DNA of 61,217 nt, filler included, from Bipalium vagum (lineage: Eukaryota), in the NCBI GenBank assembly GCA_037834085.1. It is 3 parts of 3 records of this genome, joined end to end, with 100 filler letters (N's around TTAATTAATTAA, not from the genome) between each part and the next. Parts side by side here need not be neighbours in the genome. Positions count along the whole stretch, not along the records: positions 44,204 to 61,217 come from JBBMKC010082682.1; 2 more parts are not named here. One strand, given 5' to 3'. A model generated the notes under the pieces. It did not search any database. It was not told where the DNA came from and worked only from the letters and a program-made list of their open reading frames with translations. Made by a program: the position numbers and the translations under genes. Positions 51,680 to 61,217 of this stretch are shown piece by piece. Within the stretch, counting starts at the first letter, position 1. Every line of letters starts with the position of its first letter.

Positions 51680-52922
51680 ATGAGGAATAATTTGAACTTA
51701 GATAAAAATACATATCATCAAGATTTAACAATTAAAAAATGTGATTATTTAGAAGTTCCTTTAAATCCTACAACAGCAACAAATTTAAATAAAAATGGAA
51801 ATTTAACTTTTAGTTTATTACAATCAGCATATGCTTTAGATTTATCAGAAACACTTTTAGTTTTTGAAATTGAAATATTTGATATTAAAGCAGATGAAAA
51901 TATAACTCTACAAATAAAGTTTTTTCCATATCTATTTTCTAATGCAATTTTAAAGTTAGGTTCAACAGAAGTAGAAACAATTCAATATTCAGGAGTCTCA
52001 AATTCTATATCAAATTTTATAATGTTTAAAAATGAAACTTTAAGGGAGAAATATTTTTATGGATTCCTCATAAAGAAAAAGAAAGTGTAGCAAAAGGCAA
52101 TAAAGGATATAAATCAAGAAAAAGTTTATACTCTCAAAATAAATATACAGGTGAATTTCCATTAAAATTAATGATTGGTTTTTTACAATATTTTAATAGA
52201 GTTATTTATAATATGCAAGGGGAATTAACATTTACAAGAATTATTGATATTGATAAAGAAATATTTTATGGAACGAACGGAGATAGAAAAATAAAATTAC
52301 TTGATTTAAAACTATTTATTCCAGAATTACAATTGAATCCTGAAACTGAATTAAAATTAATAAGTAGAATTGATGATGGAAAAAATATTATTGTAAATTT
52401 TTTATCAAGACATTGTGAAGAAAGAAATCTTACAGAAGGAACAACTCAAACATTACAATTATATAATATTCCAAATAAACCAATTTATTTATAAATTTTA
52501 GAGAGTCTGAATTTGATTTTACAAAAATTAATAGTTTGTTTTTTCAAGATAAAATAAAATCTTTAAGAATTCAAGTTAATAATTACTATCCATTAAATCC
52601 AATTCAATTTGAAAAAGGGAAAAATAATAGAACTTATTCAAATTATGTAAAAGCATGTGAATATTTTGGAAATGATCCTCAATTAAGTTTATTGGAATTT
52701 CAAAATTTATATTCAATATTTTGTTTTGATTTAAAAGATCAACCAGAAAATTTATGTTTAAATGGTGCAGTTGTAACTCTTCATATTTTAAAAGATAAAA
52801 ATTTTAAAGGAAAAATAAATGTTGTTTTGTTACAAGAACAATTTATGGAATTAAAATTAAAAGAAGGAGAAATGTTTAATATTGAAACATCTAATATGTT
52901 CACAAAAGAGAGTTTGAAATAG
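51680..52922 (+). pseudogene. Double-jelly-roll major capsid protein (hexon-like) remnant
   Basis: Three consecutive ORFs totalling ~410 codons. FFPYLFSNAILKLGSTEVE, GFLQYFNRVIYNMQGELTFTR, YYPLNPIQF and LSLLEFQNLYSIFCFDLKDQPE match Polinton PY/MCP patterns. Confidence 0.82.
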
Positions 52923-53117
52923 ATTTTTCCATAATGTTTTATAATTTTTTATTACATTTTTTTATTGCCTTTTTTACTGTTTTTTTTCTCATTTTATAAA
53001 TTTTTAAAAAGATCTTGAGAGATGATATTAGATAATATTTTTATTTTTTAAATTATTTAATTTATTGGTATATTCTAGAGATACCAATTTTTGATAATTT
53101 ATAAATTTCATAAAAAG

Positions 53118-53244
53118 ATCATCTGTTCAGGTCTCATTAAAATTATCTGAATTGAAAAGAATTTTCTATAGAGATCGATATCAAAAACGCCTTGGACAAT
53201 TTCTTTGTGTGTACGTCCACCAGTTTTTATGAGGAAAGAATCAT
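53118..53244 (+). mobile_element. 127-bp mariner fragment of the same family as 14129-15401
   Basis: Close match to the reverse complement of ~14257-14383 (atcatctgttcaggtctc..tcgatatcaaaaacgccttggacaa..gtccaccagtttttatgaggaa). Confidence 0.85.
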
Positions 53245-54060
53245 ACTCACAATATTCTTTATCATGAAATGTAACTTTTGATTCTTTGTGTTCTTGACAC
53301 AACCTTATATGTTCATTTATAAAATTTTATCATATATAGGAATTTAAAGATTTTGAAAAAACATATTTACTATGATTATTATTATTATTAGAAAATATGT
53401 ATATATTTCTAACATAATATTTAAAACATAATGTTACATTTTCTATTTCCATATTTGGTTTTGCATTAAAATGTTCTTGATATATTGGTAGTATGTTTTT
53501 ATTGCTTCTCAACTCCAACTTTGTTGGATCATTGTTTTTTAATTCAAATATATTTATACTAATATTGTTTTGCTTATTAAATTTTTTAACATCTTCTATT
53601 TTTAAAGGAAATTCAATATTAATTTTATTTTATTCATTACTATAAAGTTTATAATTATTTAATCTTTCCGAATGAATTATTACTGGGTGAAGATAACCTA
53701 GTACAAATATTTAATTTTTCTTATATTCAAAGGATAATTTAACATAAAATGAACCTATTGATATTTAATTAAATTTATTTGAATAAAATTTATATTTACA
53801 AACTTCCATCCTGAAACTGTCAATTCTCTTTCTACAATAATTGTGTTTAATTATTGAAGATGATGTTGAATTGATGTAGTTATTTCCGTCTTATTAGTTA
53901 ATACTTGTGGATGTGTATAAAATTTATATGCTAGTTCTTCTTCTTTGTTAGTACCATGATTTATAATATGAAGATTAATATATTTACATTGTATTAATAT
54001 TTGATATTTAAATTTATCTTTAGTATAATCACATTGTTGGTTGGTTTTTTTCATCATCAT
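53245..54060 (-). pseudogene. Protein-primed family B DNA polymerase (Polinton/adintovirus type), N-terminal region only
   Basis: SGWK, GSFYVKL, LGYLHP..SERLNNY and NIEFPLKIEDVKKFNKQNNISINIF match the conserved pre-exonuclease region of group-2 Polinton PolB. Catalytic domains are absent. Confidence 0.78.
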
Positions 54061-54099
54061 TTTTAATTAACTGTTTAATTATATATATTATTTTAAAGC

Positions 54100-55930
54100 T
54101 TGGGTGTTAGGAGTATTTGAAACATCCTTTCTGTAACTTCAAACAAACGACATCAAACAAAGCTGATGTAAAATTGGCTGATTTCACAAATATGAAACTA
54201 TATTTTGTATGCTTTGTCTTGCAGCACTCGATGAGAGAAATGTGCCACGAAGTTATAGGTAAATATAAGATAAATAGGGAGTTTTTATGAACCAGGTTTG
54301 TTATGATAATTATAAGCAGAAATCCAGAGCTAGTAGCCCCCATGCTTTTGCCAGACCAGGGAGTATTTACCAAAATGATGGGAGACTTCATCACTAAAAC
54401 GTGGAGAGAGGCAGTCATCGCAATTATCAGCAAATGAGCTTGGATATTTTGTAACCAGAGAAGAATTTCTGACATTAAACGAATTTGTCCTGCATTTCAA
54501 ACAATTTTTGTATGGTAAACACGATGAACACACAATTTCCACGTGGTTAGCGAGTTTATCGGAATTCAATTTTAAATTAAGATATCAGAAAGGAGAGGAA
54601 AATAGTAATGTTGGCAGTAGATCCAGAATTGGAGATATTTCGTGTGCACAATGTCAAATTAGACATGAGGGAGCCAAGTTGGAGTAACCGAAAAAAGAGG
54701 TACTAATGCAACTCATAGTGTTTATATACAGTTGGAAAGAATTATGTCAGAACAGGTGGCCGATTTCTCTATTGCTAATATGATAGCATGGTTGTTGGAG
54801 TGGAGGAGTAATGTACAGGAAAAATTTCAAAATATTAAATTTTTCAATGGAGAAATGACCAGGACATGGTGTATGAGTTGTTGGTGTTAAGAAAAGATGA
54901 ACGAAATTTGATTATAAATTCAGAAGAATTTGTGAAAGAGGTTCACGTAGTATTGTGTCATTTCGGAAGAAAATATTCTATTCTAATATTCTATTATTTA
55001 AAGGACCTATATTCTTGGCCGTCGATGTGAAGCTCGATCAATACATGCTTGAAAACTTTTATTATTTGTGTAAAACGTAAAATATATAAGACCTGCACAA
55101 AAGAGATTCTTTGATTCCCAGAAGATTTTAAAATTTAATGAAATAGATTGTAATTTACGTGGCCTACATGGATAAGGCTAGAGCGTATTATAAATACTTA
55201 ATTGTAATTATCGACCATTTCAGTAAGCTGGTGAGTTTGAATGCATTAACTAATCTGAATGACAACTCCATCTTCAAGGCCGTGATGAATCAGTGGATCT
55301 AAAAATTTGGTAGACCAAAAAGTATTTTAACAAATAGAGAGAAGAATTTTGAAATTTCATGGTTTCAACAAAATTGAAGGAGTTGGAAATTAGGCAAGAT
55401 TTTAGTTCAAATTATCAATATTAAATGAAGATAAAAACAAGCACGAATTGTTACCAAGAATCGAATTCATTATTAATGTTATCCGACAAAGTTCCACGAC
55501 TTTTTCTCCTTTTGAAATCATTTTGTGTTACAAAGTAGGTCTACATGCCAGTGTAGAGGATCACAATTATCACGATACTGAAATTATCAGTCTAGTCAGA
55601 AATGTCGTGGTGTGAAAATGAATGAGTTTAAGAAGGATAAAAGAGATCACCGATAATTTGAAATTGGAAAATTATTCGTCAGGAAGGAACCTCAGAATTG
55701 AGAGAACGATTTCAAATATGATAGCCCAGACCTCAAAATTTATATCTCTGCATCAAATCAAATTGAAGGGTCTGGGTGGTTTTAAAACAAGAATTAAATG
55801 GCTAAAGTGGCAGCAATCTTCTGCGAAGAGGGAGTTAAAGATTAAATAAGACTTTAGTTTGAATAAATACTTTTTGATCTCAATTCCATTTATTAATTAA
55901 CATGAAAGAAGATCTAACTCTAACTATAAG
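54100..55930 (+). mobile_element. Ty3/gypsy pol remnant (RNase H + integrase) with PPT
   Basis: ELGYFVTREEFL..HFKQFLYGK, WLASLSEFNFKLRYQKGEEN, an HHCC-type VHVVLCHFG..ICVK, YLIVIIDHFSK and KFGRPKSILTN. Purine tract gaagagggag near 55825. Confidence 0.8.
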
Positions 55931-56406
55931 ATTTATATTTACAGAACCAAAGTTTTCTAAACCTATGAGAAAGTACTAAAACCAGCTACTGGATGTTTTC
56001 AAACATAATCACAGTATGTCCAACAATACAAGGTTTAATTTTCCACTTGAAGTAGAATTCGATTATTTTTATGAGATTACAAAATAAAGTACAATATGAA
56101 CCAATACTCACCAATGAGAGGTTATTGGTTAAAAGCAAAATCTGTTCAAATAACTTCATCTCACAATAATATAAAATATTTATAAAAATAATGTGGCAGT
56201 CTCCTAAGAATTTATATTAGACAGCATTAATAATTATACTAATGCGGGAGTCTGGGTTTGTATGTATAAAATTGTAAAGCAAAGAAATAAGAAAATTTCA
56301 CTAACTTCTAATAGATTTACAAATTATTGAGATTCACAAACGAATGGAATTATAAATGTTGATGAGTTCTAAAACTGACCCATGTTACTTTCAAAATAAT
56401 ACAACT

Positions 56407-59220
56407 TTATTGAGTTTTCAGTTCATTAATTCTGCTCTTGAGTTTTGTTAATTCCTCTTTAATCTGATTTGGTAAATAGTCTCCAATTTGTTCTTTGAAA
56501 TATTTTTCAATTTCATTGACCTCACTTTCCCAAAATTCTATTGGAATACTAAATAATTCTTCCATATCAATTTCCGATTCATTCAATCCATTTAAGTTAA
56601 AGTCAGAAATAATTGGTAAGTTTCCTATAACCGTTTCGTTACAGCGAACTTTTCCATCTAATCTTTTCAATATCCAATCAAGGACTCTACAATTCTCTCC
56701 AAATCCAGGCCATATATAGCGACCCTTGCTTGATTTTCTGAACCAATTTACATGATAAATTTTTGGTAATTGAAGTCCACTTTTAGTTGAAAAGCTAAAA
56801 AAATTATATTTTATAACGCTTATTATTATTTGATTACCTTAACCAATGTCTAAGATAGTCTCCAAAATTGTAACCAAAAAATGGACGCATAGCAAATGGA
56901 TCATGCATTATAATATTTGCTTTATGCTCGGCAGCAGCAGTCGATTCTGATTTCATTGATGCCCCAACAAATACTCCGTGAACCCAATTTGTAGCTTCAT
57001 AAATAAGAGGAACTCCTTCAGGTCGTCGACCTCCAAAAACTATTGCACTGATAGGTACTCCATCTAAAGATTCCCAATTTTCGTCAATAATTGGACATTG
57101 TGATGCTGGCGTACAAAATCTAGAATTAGGATGAGCAGCTTTGGTATTTTTTGTCTGAAATACAATTATTGATAAGAAAGTTATAAATATTTTTAAGATA
57201 GTATTTGCAAAATTCTTAATTTTCATGAGATTTCTAGTTCGAGAAAATAACAGATTGGACCATTGTTAAATGTTTTGATAGAAAAGTCAGTAGCACAAAT
57301 ATATATAATTATATTGTAAAAATTGGCTAATAAAATGAGTTTATTATAAAATTCTAAGTAATTAATAAAACATATATATATATATATATTATATATCATT
57401 GCGTGACATTCGGAATATGTACGTGATACATCTATACATATATTTTATTAGATTTTAATAGTATAGAGCCCTGACCAATAATGAACCCCTCAATGTATTT
57501 TTGACGAAAAAATAATAATCAGTCAGACTGTGAGAACCATATTTGTAAAGCAAAATATGAAATTAATGTTTTGTTAATCTAGATAAATACAATGAATGAA
57601 ATTTATATGGAATGAAATTTAAGTAGTCAATTAAGATATGAAATATATTTTTATAAAATCTATATTTGAGAATTTAGCATATTTTAAATTTTTTTATTTT
57701 CAATTTTTGAATAGAAATTATTAATTTAAACATTTTGTCATCAAATGTATTACGATTCTTCATTAATTTAAATGCAATATATTGAAATAGATAATGAATT
57801 TGATTCAATAAAACAAATTTTGAAAACTCAATAAATAAATAAAAATCATGCGTTAGCACAATTCTAAAAATTAAGGTATTGGTATTGAAAATTACTTTGT
57901 CCCACGGATTTCCTTGCCAGTCAATTATCTTAACATTACTCCAATCGATTTCATCTTCCATTCCTTCCCAAAAAAACCCTCCATCACTTGTCTCAGCGAC
58001 ATTTGTAAAAATTGTGTTCTTTTGAATACAACGCATTGCATTTGGATTGGTTTTGTAAGATGTTCCTGGTGCTACACCAAAAAATCCATTTTCTGGATTA
58101 ATTGCTTTTAGAATTCCATTTTTATCAAATTTCATCCACGCTATGTCATCTCCTACACATTCAATTTTATATTCTGGCAAACTGGATTCTAGCATGGCTA
58201 AGTTTGTTTTGCCACAAGCACTGGGAAAAGCAGCAGCGATATAATGTTTTGCCTGATTAGAATCTGTTACACCAAGAATCTTAATAAATAATTAAGTTTT
58301 AAAAATTTGCTTAGTGAAAATTGTTACCAGCATATGCTCAGCTAACCAACCTTCTTTGTAACCAAGTATTGATCCCAACCTTAAAGCAAAGCATTTTTTT
58401 CCCAACAGTGAATTTCCGCCATATCCACTTCCAAAGCTGCAAATTTCATTTCTTGAAGGGATATGAGCTATTATAGTTCGTTCAGGATCACAAGGCCAGC
58501 CGTTAATAATTTTTTCTGGAAAAAGATAATTATATTTCATAATTATTTATTTTACTTGTCGTTGGTAAAGGAACTCCTACACTATGAGTGGATCTTACAA
58601 AATCATTACTATTTCCGAGTGTCTTTAAGACTTGTACACCAATTCTTGTCATGATTCTCATACTTGCTACTACATATGGGGAGTCTGTCAATTCAATACC
58701 AATTTTAGACAGGCTCCCTCCTACTGGACCCATACTAAAAGGAATTACGTACATTACTCTTCCTAAAAATTAATTTCATAAAGAAACTAAAAATAATTTA
58801 AACCTTTCATACAACCCGGAAATCGTTTATTTAATTCATTATCCATCATAGCTGGAGACATCCAATTTCCTAATTTTCCTTGAATATTACTATCGATTTC
58901 AGGAATTGTTGTCTCTTTTTTTGCTGTACTTATAAAAGTTTTTGATTCAACTCTAGCTACATCTGCTGGATCCGTTCTAACCAACCAGCAATTTTCATAC
59001 TTTGATAACTTTTTAATGGCTCCTTTAAAAGTGGTCAATAATATATTAATTATAATGATAATCTTATACCTTGAGATAACATTATTTCTATCATCAATTG
59101 ATTTTCTTCTTCAGACCCATCACATACATGAACCGAATCAGGTTGACAAAGATTAGCCTTTTTTAATACATATTCCTTAACTGGTTCTGATAATCCTTCA
59201 ACATATTTCATATAAGACAT
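56407..59220 (-). CDS. PCK: Phosphoenolpyruvate carboxykinase (GTP), complete 7-exon gene
   Basis: Exons 59220-59070, 59022-58804, 58762-58556, 58515-58328, 58279-57896, 57154-56838 and 56794-56407, all GT-AG and in phase. Motifs [51 protein letters not shown] and WPGFGEN. Confidence 0.97.
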
Positions 59221-60589
59221 GAGTTGTTAATATAATAAAGATATTTGAATAAAATAAATAATTTATATTGTTTGTTTCAAATTATAACTCTACAGATAAA
59301 GTAAAATTAACAGCAACAAATGTCTATTTATATGAATGTGTGTAAGGAAGTCTATTAGTTTGTGTGTAGGCGTTATTTGTAGAAAATATATTCTAAAACG
59401 ATACGTTCATGGCCTAGTAGAAAAAATTCTTCTCTCATTGGATGTATTTTATTGCGTCAATAGATCAGATCGATATTTTAAATTAATACAAGTCTAATGG
59501 TGAAATAATAAAAAAATATGCTTATCTTATAAAAAAAATCTTATATATAGCACATAATTTCAATTTTTTATGTAATATTTCAAATTTTGAGTTGTCTGGC
59601 ATATGGAAATTTTCGGATTATAATTTTGCTATATTTAAGTTAAGAAAACTGATTTTTAAAACAGAACTGGGACTTTCACAAGTCTCTTGCTCTCAAATCT
59701 AAATTTTGAAGATATAATTTGCTTAAAATTTTCAAATTAAAGAGTAAATTTTCCATTTGACATAATCAAATGTTTATTCCTTGTAGTTTACAATTATTTC
59801 CATATAACACATTAATGTAAATATCATTGATAAAACTTTGTTTTGTGTTATTAAATAAATTTTTTAATTTGCATTTTTTAAATGCATTTTATTACAAGTT
59901 CTTAATAAATAAAATTTTAAAAATAATAAATTAGAAATATATTCTCATATTTTAAAGGACCACTGTTGTGGATCAACATGTATAACAAAGGGTTGTACTA
60001 TTTTTGATTGAGCAGATATGCCATATTAATTAAGCCATTTTGAATTAATATCTTCATGTCAAGATCAGACTAACAAGATCACCAAAAATGTATAAAAAAG
60101 CAATAAGATTTCTTCAGAATATTGTCCTTCAAAGCTGCAAGAAGATTCTTAGAATTATTATTAATGTGAAGACTATTTATTTTGAAGATTATTAACATGA
60201 AGACTATTCCGAAGGTAATCAACCTGGAAGACCACTGTCGTCGCTATATCAGAAGGTTATTATTCACAAGTAATGATGTTTTCCTTTTTCCTGGGATTAT
60301 TTTTAAGTTTCCGATCAAAGGGCTATCTGTGAGCAATCGTAAGAGTATAGCTAATAGTTCGGGAATTTAGACCGTAAGATTGCTTTTGTTTTTTTTATTT
60401 TAAATTTAAATTGTTATTAATGACTTCTTTGTAGTTTGTTTTAATTAACTGAATGGACTATTAATTTGATTAAATTTTTTAATTAACTGATTGCTTTTGA
60501 TTAATAATTTACTATTTGAGACATTTTGAACAATGTGGACTATTTTAATTTTGGAGATCCCTATATTGATGGTTATTGCTGTTATTCGT

Positions 60590-60684
60590 GTGTGATATAA
60601 ATAAGTTATTGCATTACTGATTGTTGATATTTTGCATCACTTAAGAGTCGGGGAGTCAGGTTAAATTTGATACCCTAGGCATTG
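60590..60684 (+). repeat. Dispersed ~95-bp motif also present at 30-124 (LTR-core-like)
   Basis: Shared blocks TATAAATA, TTACTGATTGTT, TTTGCA and GGAGTCAGGTT(T)AAATTTGATACCCTA. Confidence 0.7.
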
Positions 60685-61140
60685 GTCAAAATAAAACGAT
60701 CTCACCAGGAACCACAAGGGGTCCCCGGGTCGTTATCTAGGTCCTTTGCACGTCACCTAGGCATTTCCAAAATCGATGGGTCCCCTTGGTAAATCCTCTT
60801 GCACCAGTATATCCATAAAAGATGATGATTATTGGAATCCTTGAATTGTCCTCCCGTTTGTCAATCGTGTCCTCTGAAAAATCATGTCCTCTTTGTAAAC
60901 TGTGACTTTCTGAAAAATTATTTGTGGGAACTTTTCTGTGAATAGCAGTCTTTTTCTGTAGCCTATAGATTAGTCTACTATCACCAATCCCTGCGCTTCA
61001 AGACGACTGTTTCAACTAATAGTCCACAAAGTTAGACAAAGGGATTAATTACTCCGACGACGGAGTTTAATCCCCTATTCTTCTCAAACAAAAAATAATA
61101 ATCTCACTTCATAACCTGGACACCGAGACTTTTATTTCTT

Positions 61141-61164
61141 TTATTATTATTATTATTATTATTC

Positions 61165-61217
<53 letters not shown>
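61141..61217. repeat. (TTA)n microsatellite
   Basis: Near-perfect trinucleotide run to the window end. Confidence 0.95.

Larger units (their letters stand above)
47295..54095. mobile_element. Degenerate endogenous Polinton/Maverick-adintovirus-like DNA virus (partial)
   Basis: Intron-free, gene-dense, very AT-rich block. Co-oriented fibre-like, membrane-active, AGN-motif, penton, A32 ATPase and major capsid genes, plus a convergent pPolB N-terminus. All genes are disrupted; TIRs, protease and integrase were not seen. Confidence 0.88.

Noticed and set aside
54900-55560. Integrase as the Polinton/adintovirus's own retroviral-type integrase
   Set aside because: It follows an RNase H domain, has an HHCC-type N-terminus and is followed by a polypurine tract, which is the layout of Ty3/gypsy pol.
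1215-58773. Numerous short ORFs antisense to or overlapping real genes, or in AT-rich/microsatellite DNA (e.g. 1215-1415, 22615-22848, 40107-40436, 43118-43357, 44725-45015, 49393-49647)
   Set aside because: These are shadow ORFs or low-complexity artefacts with no independent support.
30-60684. The two 95-bp motifs as paired LTRs of one giant 60-kb element
   Set aside because: They lie on different artificially joined blocks, are substantially diverged and enclose ordinary host genes.
1-61217. CRISPR array, rRNA or prokaryotic operon
   Set aside because: No repeat-spacer array or rRNA-like sequence was seen; the genes carry spliceosomal introns.

Overview
AT-rich eukaryotic genomic DNA. 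It is most likely from a freshwater planarian/triclad flatworm; this is an inference from the flatworm-type innexin N-terminus, 40-62 nt GT-AG introns and dense mariner/Tc1 relics. The window is not one continuous molecule: two artificial 100-bp spacers (44N-TTAATTAATTAA-44N at 21232-21331 and 44104-44203) join three blocks. Block 1 holds a tail-to-tail pair of uncharacterised secreted-protein paralogs, nested mariner/Tc1 relics and a partial multi-exon RAB3GAP2. Block 2 holds an intronless, divergent VAChT/SLC18-like transporter, a 3-exon Sam68/KHDRBS-like gene, an intronless PP1-like phosphatase, a PAN+C-type-lectin gene, a deleted PP1 pseudogene, innexin exon 1 and Merlin/hAT/mariner relics. 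Block 3 holds a TCF/LEF HMG-box exon and a complete 7-exon PEPCK. Between them lies the main find: a ~6.8-kb degenerate endogenous Polinton/adintovirus-like DNA virus. It comprises a fibre-like gene, a membrane-active gene with tandem ESCRT late-domain-like motifs, a conserved 'AGN'-motif gene, penton, A32 packaging ATPase, double-jelly-roll major capsid and a convergent protein-primed PolB N-terminus, and it sits between Ty3/gypsy gag and pol remnants.
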